64,000 bases of DNA, taken from Salinispira sp. Its GTDB lineage: Bacteria > Spirochaetota > Spirochaetia > DSM-27196 > Salinispiraceae. How positions within the stretch are numbered: the first letter of the stretch is position 1; each line of letters opens with the position of its first letter. Location: NCBI GenBank assembly GCA_965602015.1, contig OZ271918.1, positions 2,336,001 to 2,400,000 of the forward strand, given 5' to 3'. Below are positions 45,457-55,410 of the stretch, piece after piece. The notes under the pieces were generated by a model. The model saw only the letters and a program-made list of their open reading frames with translations, was not told the origin of the DNA and made no database searches. A program made the position numbers and the translations under genes.

Positions 45457-46625
45457 ACGTCCTCCACTGTGACATCGCTAATGAGGTTTTGCTGACCAGG
45501 AGGAGTGGGAAAGGACAGGGTGAAGGTGGTGCCCTTGCCTTCCTGGCTGATTACCGAAATCTCGCCCCGGTGTTCCTTAACTATTTTATAGACGATGGTC
45601 AGTCCAATTCCGCTACCGAATTCCTTCGTAGTGAAATACGGTTCGAAAATCTTGTTCAGCACTTCTTCGCTCATGCCGCTGCCCGTATCGATGATCCGCA
45701 GAAGCACCTCGTCCCCCCGGTAGCGGGTAGTTACCGTCAGGGTGCCCCCGTCGGGCATGGCATTGAGGGCGTTTTTGACGATGTTGAGAATCGCCTGCTT
45801 GATGAATTTATCGTCCAACAGAATGTGGGGAATATCGACCTGATAATCCTCCACCAACTCTACCCCGCCCTCGGAGATTTCGTATTTCATAAAATCCATG
45901 ATTTCATGAAGCAGGGCGTTTAAATCGTGATTTGACAAATTGATATCCATGGGCCGAACGGCGAAGAGAAAATCCATGACGATGCGGTTGAGCCGCTCAA
46001 CCTCTTCATTGACGATATCCAGGTACCCGCTGATATCCGAGGAGGGCACGCTTTTGGCTGCGGCCAGCATCTTTTGCATGAGCTGAATATGTATGCCTAT
46101 GCTACCGAGGGGATTTTTAATTTCATGGGCCACCCCGGCGGCGAGGGTGGTGAGGCTCGCAAGGCTCTCCGCCCGGCGGAGACGGGCTTCTTTCCAGCGA
46201 CGTTCTGACACATCCTCCACATGCACAACATTTCCCCGGACCCGCCCGCGGCGCACCAACGGCATAATGCTGAACGAAAGAATCCGGGTCACCCCGGGGC
46301 TGTCGAGGGTAAACTCCCGGTCGCGGATGCTTTCTTCGTTTAATATGGTGTGGCGGATGAACTCGGCTATATCGCCGTCTCCGATAACCTGCCATATCAC
46401 CTTTTCGAAAAAATCATAGTCCCTGAAGGGGACCGTGCGCTCGGCGGCCTTGTTGCAGAGAATCAGTTTGTTGTACTGGTCGGCGACGATAACCCCGTCG
46501 GTGAGCGAGTCCAGGACCACTTCCATCTGTTCGTTTTCCCTGGCAAGGTCGTAAATAAGGGCGTGAATTTGCTGTTTGTCGAGCTTTGAAATTTTATTGA
46601 GGGCCCGCTGGATAAACTTTCGCAT
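45453..46625 (-). CDS. hk2: Cytoplasmic PAS-domain sensor histidine kinase (Hk2-like)
   Basis: No TM; PAS-like VLDSLTDGVIV; AHEIKNPL H-box; NIVKNA, DTGSG, IFEPYFTTK, GSGIGL; overlaps the regulator. Symbol assigned by recalled synteny. Confidence 0.88.
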   Translation of the reverse strand: MRKFIQRALNKISKLDKQQIHALIYDLARENEQMEVVLDSLTDGVIVADQYNKLILCNKAAERTVPFRDYDFFEKVIWQVIGDGDIAEFIRHTILNEESIRDREFTLDSPGVTRILSFSIMPLVRRGRVRGNVVHVEDVSERRWKEARLRRAESLASLTTLAAGVAHEIKNPLGSIGIHIQLMQKMLAAAKSVPSSDISGYLDIVNEEVERLNRIVMDFLFAVRPMDINLSNHDLNALLHEIMDFMKYEISEGGVELVEDYQVDIPHILLDDKFIKQAILNIVKNALNAMPDGGTLTVTTRYRGDEVLLRIIDTGSGMSEEVLNKIFEPYFTTKEFGSGIGLTIVYKIVKEHRGEISVISQEGKGTTFTLSFPTPPGQQNLISDVTVEDV

Positions 46626-46631
46626 ACTGTG

Positions 46632-47771
46632 TCAAATATACCCAAGTTCCAGAACTGAGGCTACGGGTATATTGTAGGTTTCCATCCGGAAATGCATGGC
46701 TTCGAGTTTCTGCTGTAGCTGATACATCTCCTCGCTGTGAAGATGGGAAATCTGTATTTCTTCCAGACAGAGGGCGATGAGTTCAATGAGGACTGAACGG
46801 TCGCTGCCGATAATCGCCGCGAGCTGATCTCTTGCGTCGATGCTCTTTTCCCGAAGCAGGGTGAACATCAGTTCGATTTGCTGCCGGCGCTCTCCCAGAC
46901 CCCCGGGGCCCGCGTCGATAAAAAACGAATGCAGCGATGAGTAATCATCGGCGTGTTCCTCCCGGTAAATCCGCCGAATCACATCACGGTGGGCCCGGGG
47001 ACTTCGGGGCGCAAAGCGATAGGTCCTGAGGCGGCTTCGCAGGGTCGGTATGATGGCGGCCGGGCGCTTGGTGAGAAGCATGAAATACACCGATGCCGGG
47101 GGTTCTTCGAGGATCTTCAGAAAGGCGTTGCGGGCTGCCTCGTTCATCTCGTGGGCGTTTTCAATAATGATGGTCTTGTTGACCGCCGAATCCGCCGTAT
47201 GAGCCCAATAGGTGGCGCGCCGTATCATATTAATACTAATGCCGTCGGAGGGCAGCAGCTTTTGGATATCGGCGCACAGCTCGAGGACCTTGTTTGTATC
47301 CGGCGCCTGAGGCGAGGAGAGTTCCGGATGGGCCAATTCAATAGCTTCTTCTAGTTTGCCGATGAGGCTGGCCGCCTTCTGCAGTTTTTTTTCATCATCC
47401 TGCCACAGAACCGGATCAAAGCGGCGGATTAACTTCTTTACATTCCGATAGAAAAGATAGTACAGCGGCTTTTCGCTTTGCCTTTGGAGCATGACCGCCG
47501 ATGCGCGAATTTCCTGATAAAAATACCGGCTCCCCATCATCAGCAGGTAGGGACTGTCCAGGAGCCGGTGTTGGGCACATGATGGGCATTGGCAGGACCA
47601 GGGGGCTCCGTCATTGCGGCAGCCGAGTCCGCGGGCAAGTTCCAGGGCGGCGCTGAGCTTGGCGCTGTGTTGTTCACCGCTAAACAGCATCGAATGTGGA
47701 AGCTTGCCAGCCTGCAAATCTCCGATAATCCGGTTTTTGATCGGATCCTGATGAAGCAGATTTTCAAACAT
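46632..47771 (-). CDS. holB: DNA polymerase III delta' subunit-like (degenerate AAA+)
   Basis: LPHSMLFSG, C....C.C..C zinc module, ARNAFLKILEEPP, IIPTLRSR. Confidence 0.82.
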   Translation of the reverse strand: MFENLLHQDPIKNRIIGDLQAGKLPHSMLFSGEQHSAKLSAALELARGLGCRNDGAPWSCQCPSCAQHRLLDSPYLLMMGSRYFYQEIRASAVMLQRQSEKPLYYLFYRNVKKLIRRFDPVLWQDDEKKLQKAASLIGKLEEAIELAHPELSSPQAPDTNKVLELCADIQKLLPSDGISINMIRRATYWAHTADSAVNKTIIIENAHEMNEAARNAFLKILEEPPASVYFMLLTKRPAAIIPTLRSRLRTYRFAPRSPRAHRDVIRRIYREEHADDYSSLHSFFIDAGPGGLGERRQQIELMFTLLREKSIDARDQLAAIIGSDRSVLIELIALCLEEIQISHLHSEEMYQLQQKLEAMHFRMETYNIPVASVLELGYI

Positions 47772-48256
47772 CAGGCCGGGCTCCGGGTAATAATTTCGGC
47801 AGCGTAGGGAAAGAGAGGCAGAAGCAGCCTGCCCGTCCAGCTTTGCCGAATGGTTTCTTCCATGCTCACGAAGGGCTGGATGTACATAATAAACATCAGA
47901 AGGAATACCACCAGGGCACCCTCAATAAGTCCGAGAAAAAACCCCAGCGCCCGGTCCAGACTCTCGAGTTCGGAGTTTTCAATGAGGTTTCTCAGTCCGG
48001 CTTCAAAAAGCTTCACGATGATATATACCAGGAGGAAGAGCCCGAGAAAGGCGATGACCTGGTTCCACATGGATTCCCCGAGATATCGGTCCAAAAGAGG
48101 CGCTACCAGCCCGCTAAAAAGCACTGCAACAAGAATACCGAGGAACACCGAGGCCACCGAACCGAACTCCTCGACGAATCCACGAAAGAGGCCGCGGATT
48201 ACCAGAATAAGCAGTACGACCAGGAAAAAAACGTCCAGGGGGTGAAGATTCGCCAT
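47771..48256 (-). CDS. cvpA: CvpA family membrane protein
   Basis: LD......IRGLFRGFVEE, LDRALG.FLG..EG; 4 TMs. Confidence 0.88.
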   Translation of the reverse strand: MANLHPLDVFFLVVLLILVIRGLFRGFVEEFGSVASVFLGILVAVLFSGLVAPLLDRYLGESMWNQVIAFLGLFLLVYIIVKLFEAGLRNLIENSELESLDRALGFFLGLIEGALVVFLLMFIMYIQPFVSMEETIRQSWTGRLLLPLFPYAAEIITRSPA

Positions 48257-48265
48257 AGTTTCTCC

Positions 48266-49390
48266 TTACGCAGGCTCGTCGGCAATAAGCAGTTCGCCCA
48301 CCAGTTCTGCAATGCGGGCTGCCCCGCGGTTGTGGATGATGCTCTTCCAGGCTCCGGCCATGGCGCTGCGTCGCAGATGGTCCGAAGCCAGATCGGTCAA
48401 CAGGACGGGCAGCTCGGCAAAATCCTCGGCGCTAATAACAACGGCCGCGGCGCTTCTGGCGGCGAACTGGGCATTGCGCAGCTGATCACCCCGGGCTCCC
48501 GCTGTAAGGGGGACAAAAATCGCCGGTTTCCCCGTAAGTCCAATCTCCCACAAGGAGCCCGCACCGGAACGGGACAGGACAATATCAGCCGCAGCCAGTA
48601 TATCCGGATATTCAGCGGCAAAAAAGCTGCGGGCACAATAGCGCGTCTTTAGCTCAGCCGGCAGACCCTCCGCCGCATTCCAGTCAGGGTCGCCGGTCTG
48701 ATGAATAATACACATTGAGTTAAGGAGCTGAGGCAAATTGCCTGCGATCAGCTCATTGATTTGCCGGGCGCCCAGGCTGCCGCCCTGCACCAGTAAAACC
48801 GGCATACCGGGTTCAGATTCAAAGCCCGCTTCCCGCCGGCCCGCTTCGGCGCTGCCCTTGAGAACATCCTGGCGTACGGGATTTCCCGTCACCTCAACCC
48901 TCAGACCGCTGCTCTGGTAAAACCGGTGGGATTCCTCGAAGGGGATGCAGAGCAGCGTGGTGAATCGCAGGTTTATGCGGGTAGCCAAACCGGGATCGTA
49001 ATCCGATTCGTGGGACACCACCGGTATGCCGAGAAATCCCGCGGCGATAACCGGGGGGACAGAAACAAAGCCCCCTTTGGAAAACAGGAGCCGGGGACGA
49101 AGGCGTATCATGAGAAAAAACGACTCGAGTATCCCCCAGCTGAAGCGAAAAACATCGATGACATTTCTCAATGAAAAATAACGGCGCAACTTGCCCGTGG
49201 AGATTCCGTGAAATTCCAGACCCCGCCCTTCGACGAGACCCTTCTCGATGCCTCCGCGGGAGCCGATCCAGTGAATGCTGTACCGTTGGAGAACAGCTGG
49301 TTCAAGGGCGTCGATAACCCCGAAGCCCGGAAAAACGTGACCGCCGCTTCCTCCGCCGGTAAATGCGATGATGTCTCTACTGTGCTTCAT
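48266..49390 (-). CDS. murG: Lipid II GlcNAc transferase MurG
   Basis: TGGGSGGHVFP, GKLRRY, KGGFVSVP, HESD..PGLA, TGNPVR, GGSLGA, SRSGA, DQ..NA. Confidence 0.95.
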   Translation of the reverse strand: MKHSRDIIAFTGGGSGGHVFPGFGVIDALEPAVLQRYSIHWIGSRGGIEKGLVEGRGLEFHGISTGKLRRYFSLRNVIDVFRFSWGILESFFLMIRLRPRLLFSKGGFVSVPPVIAAGFLGIPVVSHESDYDPGLATRINLRFTTLLCIPFEESHRFYQSSGLRVEVTGNPVRQDVLKGSAEAGRREAGFESEPGMPVLLVQGGSLGARQINELIAGNLPQLLNSMCIIHQTGDPDWNAAEGLPAELKTRYCARSFFAAEYPDILAAADIVLSRSGAGSLWEIGLTGKPAIFVPLTAGARGDQLRNAQFAARSAAAVVISAEDFAELPVLLTDLASDHLRRSAMAGAWKSIIHNRGAARIAELVGELLIADEPA

Positions 49391-49480
49391 AATCCACCGT
49401 ATTTGCGCTATATTTCCATCGGGAAGGCCACATAATAGCATTCAGCATTGCCTTCGACAATCGCGATTCAAAGGAGCCCT

Positions 49481-50404
49481 ATGAAACCCCGCCGGTCGAA
49501 ACTCCATGCATCCCTGTTCAGGCTGCTGCCTATCATGGCTTTGGTCTTCTTTTTTGCCTCGCTCAGCCGCATAAGCGCCCAGGACGTCACCCGTATACAT
49601 CCTCAGGATATCCCGCGGGGAGATGTACGCATCCGCGCCGAGCTCCCTATGGAAGGCGATCCCGACGATTCGCTCTCAGCCCTGAAGCCCCTGGACAGGA
49701 TGGAGTTCCTGAATAACGGCGAAATAATTACCAGGCATCGAGGCGGCTTTCGGCCTTCCCTGCTACCCAAAGGTCCGCAGCAAAGCGCGGAAAACTACGA
49801 GGCAGCCAGGGAACAGATTGCCGAAGAACACCGCAGAAACCGGAACAATTTTGCCCTTGAAGTGCTTATGGCCATCGACCTGCCCCCCGACCTGGCGGCA
49901 AATATGAGTGATGATGAAATTGCATTGCATATCTACAATGTGCTACACCGCATCTCCACCCTCGAAGGCCTGGACTATTTTTCAGCAAGCCGCGGCAGGA
50001 TGAGGGAGTTTTACCTCAGTTCCTTCGTGGTGGCTGACGACGGGGAAACCGCCTTGCCCGATCCGGTGTTCCAACGCCTCGAAGAGACATTCGAATTTAC
50101 TATACGGCAGGAAGACGCCAGTTTCGGCGATAATCTCTACCAGGTCGTCAGCACCCCGCAGAGCATATCCATAACGAACGTGAGCCCCATAGTCTATAAT
50201 TTTATCAGGATTGCCGGTCCCGGAGCGCTGGAACTTCACATTAGGGTCGTCAGAAGCGGGAATAGGCTGTTTTTCTATGCCTTTTCCAGTTTGAGGGCCC
50301 CGGGGATATTCGGGATTCCCGATCGCCTCGCCAATAGTTTTTACAATCGCATACTGTCCCTGTATAATTGGTTTCATGGTCAGCTCCTTTTAACCGATTT
50401 CTAA
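49481..50404 (+). CDS. Uncharacterised exported protein (resembles a spirochaete family, possibly DUF6675)
   Basis: SD AAGGAG; signal peptide; ISTLEGLDYFSASR and QEDASFG motifs; family name from memory, unverified. Confidence 0.65.
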   Translation: MKPRRSKLHASLFRLLPIMALVFFFASLSRISAQDVTRIHPQDIPRGDVRIRAELPMEGDPDDSLSALKPLDRMEFLNNGEIITRHRGGFRPSLLPKGPQQSAENYEAAREQIAEEHRRNRNNFALEVLMAIDLPPDLAANMSDDEIALHIYNVLHRISTLEGLDYFSASRGRMREFYLSSFVVADDGETALPDPVFQRLEETFEFTIRQEDASFGDNLYQVVSTPQSISITNVSPIVYNFIRIAGPGALELHIRVVRSGNRLFFYAFSSLRAPGIFGIPDRLANSFYNRILSLYNWFHGQLLLTDF

Positions 50405-50417
50405 CATATTCCTAACA
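50390..50417 (+). promoter_or_regulatory. Candidate Pho box upstream of phoU-phoB-phoR
   Basis: TTAACC(50390)-N5-CTAACA(50401)-N5-CTAACA(50412), then -10-like TATGCT at 50426. Confidence 0.7.
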
Positions 50418-50472
50418 AACACCAGTATGCTGCGAATGTGTAATAGGCGCTGCCCCATATTGAGGAGACATT

Positions 50473-51132
50473 ATGGAATTTCGATCAAAGCTGAATGACG
50501 AGTTGAACAGCGTATATCAACAGGTTCTGAAAATGGGAACCTTTGTCGAAGAGGCTTTGCAAAAAGCCATCAGCGCACTTATCAACAGGGATCGCGAGCT
50601 GGCGCAGACGGTAATCGACAATGATGTGCTGATCGATAATTACCAGAGTCAGATTGAAGACTATTGCACAAAAATTATCGCCACCGAGCAACCGGTTGCC
50701 AGCGACCTGAGAAATCTGGTAACGGTCATCAAAATCGTTTCTGATCTCGAGCGCATCGGAGACCATGCCCGCCATCTGGCCAAAAGCCTTGATAGCGTAG
50801 AACAGACCACCATGGATACCCTCCTGCCTGAAATAGAAAAAATGACCAAACTCGGCATCGAGATGGTGCACAAAAGCTTGACGGCCTTCTCCACCTTCGA
50901 CGGAGGCCTTGCCCAGACCGTGGCGGCCCTCGATGACAAACTCGATGCCCTGCATCAGGAGCTTTACGCACGGATCATCGCCATTATGAAGGCCGACCCC
51001 GAGAAGGTCGAACAGGGAAGCACCCTGCTGTTTCTCAACCGTTTTCTCGAACGCCTGGGAGACCACGTCACCAACATCTGCGAATGGATCATATATGCCG
51101 GCAGCGGCAGCCACCCTGAGCTCAACGCATAG
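50473..51132 (+). CDS. phoU: Phosphate signalling protein PhoU
   Basis: QPVASDLR, DLERIGDHA, RFLERLGDH.TNICEW.IY. Confidence 0.95.
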   Translation: MEFRSKLNDELNSVYQQVLKMGTFVEEALQKAISALINRDRELAQTVIDNDVLIDNYQSQIEDYCTKIIATEQPVASDLRNLVTVIKIVSDLERIGDHARHLAKSLDSVEQTTMDTLLPEIEKMTKLGIEMVHKSLTAFSTFDGGLAQTVAALDDKLDALHQELYARIIAIMKADPEKVEQGSTLLFLNRFLERLGDHVTNICEWIIYAGSGSHPELNA

Positions 51133-51140
51133 GAAGGGTC

Positions 51141-51833
51141 ATGGGAAAAACGAAGATCCTCATTATTGAGGATGAGGCGGATATCCGGGAACTGATTCGC
51201 TACAACCTTCAGAAAGAAGGCTATCAGGTCATTAGCGCGGAGGATGCCGAACGGGGAATTGCCCTCGCGGCAGAGGAAGCTCCGGGACTTATCCTCCTGG
51301 ATCTTATGCTTCCGGGTATTGACGGTTTGGAAGCCTGTAAGCGGCTCAAGCAGCAGGAGCGGACAGCATCGACTCCGGTCATCATGCTCACTGCGAAGTC
51401 TGAAGATAGCGACATCATTACCGGCCTGGAAGTGGGCGCCGATGATTACCTGAGCAAACCCTTCTCCCCCAAGGTACTGATCGCCAGAATCAGGTCTGTT
51501 CTGCGACGCACAACCGGACCACAATCGGAGATCAGGGAAGACCGAATCCGCATCCACGACATCATCATCGATGTGAGCCGTCATGAAGTCAGCATGGGAA
51601 GCGAGTCTCTGATTCTTTCCGCAACGGAGTTCGCAATCCTGGAATTTCTCGCCCGTAATCCGGGCTGGGTGTACAGCAGAAACAAGATTATCGATGCCGT
51701 AAAGGGTAAGGATTACCCGGTAACAGAACGCTCTGTCGACGTGCAAATCCTGGGGCTCCGTAAAAAAATGGGAGATCGGGGCTCATTAATCGAGACGGTT
51801 CGGGGAGTCGGTTACCGGTTCAAACCGGAATAA
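51141..51833 (+). CDS. phoB: OmpR-family response regulator (PhoB/PhoP)
   Basis: REC (IEDE, LDLMLPG, MLTAK, GADDYLSKPF) plus winged helix (ERSVDVQI..LRKK, ETVRGVGY); between phoU and phoR. Confidence 0.9.
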   Translation: MGKTKILIIEDEADIRELIRYNLQKEGYQVISAEDAERGIALAAEEAPGLILLDLMLPGIDGLEACKRLKQQERTASTPVIMLTAKSEDSDIITGLEVGADDYLSKPFSPKVLIARIRSVLRRTTGPQSEIREDRIRIHDIIIDVSRHEVSMGSESLILSATEFAILEFLARNPGWVYSRNKIIDAVKGKDYPVTERSVDVQILGLRKKMGDRGSLIETVRGVGYRFKPE

Positions 51834-51836
51834 CAG

Positions 51837-53621
51837 ATGAACGATCTGTTCAAATACCGCATATTACCGCTGCTACTCCTATCATATCTGCTTTCCGGTT
51901 TTGCCATTATCACTGCGTTTTCACCCTGGGTTCGGGCTCGGATTGCCTCGGATACCAGGGAAGTTCTCGAGTATCACGCCCGCAGCAGCGCGGAGATATT
52001 CTCAGCCCTGGACGCTCAAGGGCAGACCGAGCTGTTCTCCGATCCCGGGCTGGCAATCAACTCCCTGGCCCCGGATAGCAGCGCAGGTTCCCAAGACCGC
52101 ATGCCCGCCCTGACAAGATATTATCGGATCGACGATGTGCTCGTCCGTCAGAACCTGCTCTCCAGTCTTCCGGAGATTCAGCAGGCCCTCGAGATGAACA
52201 GCGGTTTTGCATTGCGGCGGGGGGCAGAATCGGGAGACCAGGTGTACGCTTTTGCCCTGAGTTTCGGTCCGCCGGATGAACGCATTCTGCTTCACAGCGT
52301 CCTCGCCCATCGTCGGGCGGCGGAAATTCAGAGTTTTCTCTCGATCCTGGTCAGCGGAATCCTCTCAGCGGGGCTCACCCTCAGCCTTGCGGGAATAATA
52401 GGGTTCATGCAGAGTTACCAGAGCTCATTAGACACAATTCATTCGGGAATCAATACGCTGAAGTCCGGCAATATCCCGCCGCGCCTTTCCTCCGGTCCTG
52501 CAGTTTTCCGGGAGATCGGCCGAGGAATTGAGGAGTTAGCATCTGAACAGCAGAAAAATATACGTTTTCTGGAGCAACAACGGGGGGAGCTGGCTCAGAT
52601 TCTCACCGCCATGAAAGACGGAATTATCCTCATCAATGAGCGGGAGGAAATACTGCTGATAAATGACGCCGCCTGTGAATTTTTTGCACCGAGGGAAACC
52701 CGGCCTGAAGATTGCGTCGGAAAGGCGGCGGCGGACTCCCTGCGTAACTCGGAACTTAACCGGATTCTTGAAGACCTTGTCCGCAGCAAATCATCGAACA
52801 CTCAACAGCTTTCAGTATATGACCGCCGTAGAGGGCGGTATCGCAGCCTGGAAATGCACGGATTATTTATTGCCTCAGATCAGCCCCAAGGGAGCAAAAT
52901 ACTCCTGGCCTTTCACGACATCAGCGAAATAGTCCGTCTGGAACAGGTGAGACGGGATTTTGTATCCAATGTTTCTCATGAGCTTAAAACACCCATAACG
53001 ACCATACAGGGATTTGCCGAAACTCTGGAGCAGGGAGCCGTGGATGATTCGTCAGTAGCCCGGAATTTTCTCTCTATAATCATCAAGCAAAGCCGGCGTA
53101 TGGAAAGCATCGTTTCGGATCTCCTGACCCTGTCCCGCCTGGAACAGCAGGGGGAGGAGCCGCAGACCGAAAAAACCAACATTGCCTCACTATTGGGCGA
53201 TGTGAAGGAAATATGCGCCGGCCGGGCAGCAGAACGAAATATTACAGTTCATAGCTCGGTCAGCGGTCTTGAGCATGCACAAATTAATGCAAACCTTATT
53301 GAACAGGCCGTTACAAATCTGGTCGACAATGCCATCAAGTACGGCAAACCCGGCGGAAGCGTATGGATAAATGCTGAAATTTCCCGGGAAGATCTGACAC
53401 TGATAGTCCGGGACGACGGTCCGGGAATCCCCGGCCGGGATCTGCCCAGGCTTTTCGAGCGCTTCTACCGGGTGGACAAGGGCCGTTCCAGCTCCATGGG
53501 AGGAACCGGACTCGGTTTGGCAATAGTCAAACACATCGTCAACGCTCACGGCGGCAGTGTCAGGGCGGACTCGGTTGTTGGCGAGGGGAGCAGCTTCAGC
53601 ATGATTATTCCGTTGGTGTAG
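51837..53621 (+). CDS. phoR: Phosphate regulon sensor kinase PhoR
   Basis: 2 TMs, HAMP/PAS-like region, RRDFVSNVSHELKTP.T.IQGFAETL, NLVDNAIKY, FERFYRVDK.R, GGTGLGLAIVKH. Confidence 0.9.
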   Translation: MNDLFKYRILPLLLLSYLLSGFAIITAFSPWVRARIASDTREVLEYHARSSAEIFSALDAQGQTELFSDPGLAINSLAPDSSAGSQDRMPALTRYYRIDDVLVRQNLLSSLPEIQQALEMNSGFALRRGAESGDQVYAFALSFGPPDERILLHSVLAHRRAAEIQSFLSILVSGILSAGLTLSLAGIIGFMQSYQSSLDTIHSGINTLKSGNIPPRLSSGPAVFREIGRGIEELASEQQKNIRFLEQQRGELAQILTAMKDGIILINEREEILLINDAACEFFAPRETRPEDCVGKAAADSLRNSELNRILEDLVRSKSSNTQQLSVYDRRRGRYRSLEMHGLFIASDQPQGSKILLAFHDISEIVRLEQVRRDFVSNVSHELKTPITTIQGFAETLEQGAVDDSSVARNFLSIIIKQSRRMESIVSDLLTLSRLEQQGEEPQTEKTNIASLLGDVKEICAGRAAERNITVHSSVSGLEHAQINANLIEQAVTNLVDNAIKYGKPGGSVWINAEISREDLTLIVRDDGPGIPGRDLPRLFERFYRVDKGRSSSMGGTGLGLAIVKHIVNAHGGSVRADSVVGEGSSFSMIIPLV

Positions 53622-53624
53622 TAC

Positions 53625-53769
53625 GTGCCCCCAAAACAGCTGATTTAAACCAGGTAATTGGTTTACGGCAAAGGATTTACCAGTCCGCGTTTGCATAACT
53701 TGACAACTTGTTGCTGTATTTTTCTCGCGAAAGGATTTAAGGCCAAAAAATCAGCTGTTTTGGGGGCAC
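53625..53769. repeat. 145-bp element with perfect 22-bp terminal inverted repeats (same family as 34995-35141)
   Basis: GTGCCCCCAAAACAGCTGATTT (53625-53646) ... AAATCAGCTGTTTTGGGGGCAC (53748-53769); fills almost the whole gap between the convergent phoR and DUF445 stops. Confidence 0.9.
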
Positions 53770-53775
53770 TGCATA

Positions 53776-55410
53776 CTAGTTCAAAAAACTGAGGAGAAGT
53801 TGTGCTCCGCCTATCATCGCTCCCAAAACCGCACCGAAAATATTTATATATTTCAGGTGACGGGCAATTATGCCAAGCAGAAGCTGTTCAACCTCTTCTA
53901 TGTCCAGGGCATTTATCCGGTCCACCACCATTTGGTAAATATCGAAGCGTTCAACAAGCGACGGTACGGCGCCTTCCATCAGCATGGTAAGGGCTGAGGA
54001 CAGGGAAACCAGCAACTGATCTTCCCCGGCATCTTCTACGCGAATCTCTTTCAACGGCGGTCGACGCGCGCCGGCAATAATCTCGCTTATCTCCTGACGG
54101 AATCGGTCCCGTCGTGATTCATCGCGCTTCCAATGCTGTAACAGCTCATATCCCCGTTCGAGAATATCCCTAAACGTCAAACCGGCGTAGGACTGCAGAA
54201 CTTCATCGATGCTGGGACCGCCTTCTTCTCCCGTACGATCGGCTATGTAGTCGGCGAGTCTTCCCGAGGCATTTTCCCTGATAAGAAGGGCTTGAATCCC
54301 GTCGAAAATGCGGTAGAAATTTCGGCTCAAATCAATTGAGTAGCGTTCCTGTAAATCTCCAAGCCCCTGGCTTTGAAGTGAGGTCATCAACTCGTGAACT
54401 GCGCTCAATATTTTGTCCCGGTTCTCCGCAGACCGCAGGGTTTTCTCAAGGGTTCTCAGCAAGTCCCGGATGATCTCGGGCATATTTTCTTCGAGGGTGC
54501 GGTCGTATTGTCCGGCCGAAAGCATAATGCGCTGCACCGGGGACAGACGCAGAAGAATATCCGAGAGGATGACCTTTCCCCGTTTTACCAGCTCCCGCCG
54601 GATTTCCGGGCGGCGGAGAAAATCCATGAGAAAATTCACCCCCGGCACGTAGAGGCGGTCGAGAATATGGACGGTTCGCCGCATGCTGTTTCGTGAAAAA
54701 AACTTCTCCAATGCTGTGTTTGCTTCGGCATTCCTGCGGATCCAGAGAATGGCTCCCCACTTCAGCCGGCGAAACGTCTCACCGCGAATCTGCCGGGAAA
54801 AGAATTTCTCCAGGTCTTCCCTATTGCGGGCCTTTACCGGAAGAAAGCTGGCAACCGAACGGTGACCGACATCGCCCGATAGCCTGTCGATCAGTCGCTT
54901 CAACAGGGCATCGCTGATGGGAGAGCTCAGTACCGGGAGGATGAGTTCCTCGAGCTGGGCGATGCGCTCACGAATAAAAGTCCGGGGATCGTCGGCTGCT
55001 CGGGGATTTTCGCTGGGAAGACTATCCCCTTTATTCGCCGAAGTCTCATCTGCGTCCTTGTGGTGCTTCACTTCATTGTCGAGAACTGCCGAAACCGCTT
55101 TTGACGGCGACAGAATTTCGGCGAGCTGGACTTTCAGGGCAGACTGGAACTTTTCACCCTTGATGTGGGTGTTGATCACCTGAGCATTGAACAGGCTGCG
55201 GCTGACCATCCTCGCGATGCTGTGAGCCAGACTATCCCGCTGTCGGGGTATAATGCCCGGAGTCAGGGGAAGGGGTATTCCCAGGAAGTACTTTTTTGTC
55301 AGCGGCCGGAAGAGCATACGGATCGCCAGGGCATTGGTGACGTAGCCGATTAGCGCACCAAGCACCGGGGGCAGGGCGAAGAACAGCCAGGGAGGCAGGT
55401 TCACGGGCAT
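53776..55410 (-). CDS. DUF445 family membrane protein
   Basis: GALIGYVTN.LAIRMLFRP...GIIP at the N-terminus; HLKYINIFGAVLG.MIG at the C-terminus; SD GGAGGAG. Confidence 0.88.
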   Translation of the reverse strand: MPVNLPPWLFFALPPVLGALIGYVTNALAIRMLFRPLTKKYFLGIPLPLTPGIIPRQRDSLAHSIARMVSRSLFNAQVINTHIKGEKFQSALKVQLAEILSPSKAVSAVLDNEVKHHKDADETSANKGDSLPSENPRAADDPRTFIRERIAQLEELILPVLSSPISDALLKRLIDRLSGDVGHRSVASFLPVKARNREDLEKFFSRQIRGETFRRLKWGAILWIRRNAEANTALEKFFSRNSMRRTVHILDRLYVPGVNFLMDFLRRPEIRRELVKRGKVILSDILLRLSPVQRIMLSAGQYDRTLEENMPEIIRDLLRTLEKTLRSAENRDKILSAVHELMTSLQSQGLGDLQERYSIDLSRNFYRIFDGIQALLIRENASGRLADYIADRTGEEGGPSIDEVLQSYAGLTFRDILERGYELLQHWKRDESRRDRFRQEISEIIAGARRPPLKEIRVEDAGEDQLLVSLSSALTMLMEGAVPSLVERFDIYQMVVDRINALDIEEVEQLLLGIIARHLKYINIFGAVLGAMIGGAQLLLSFLN

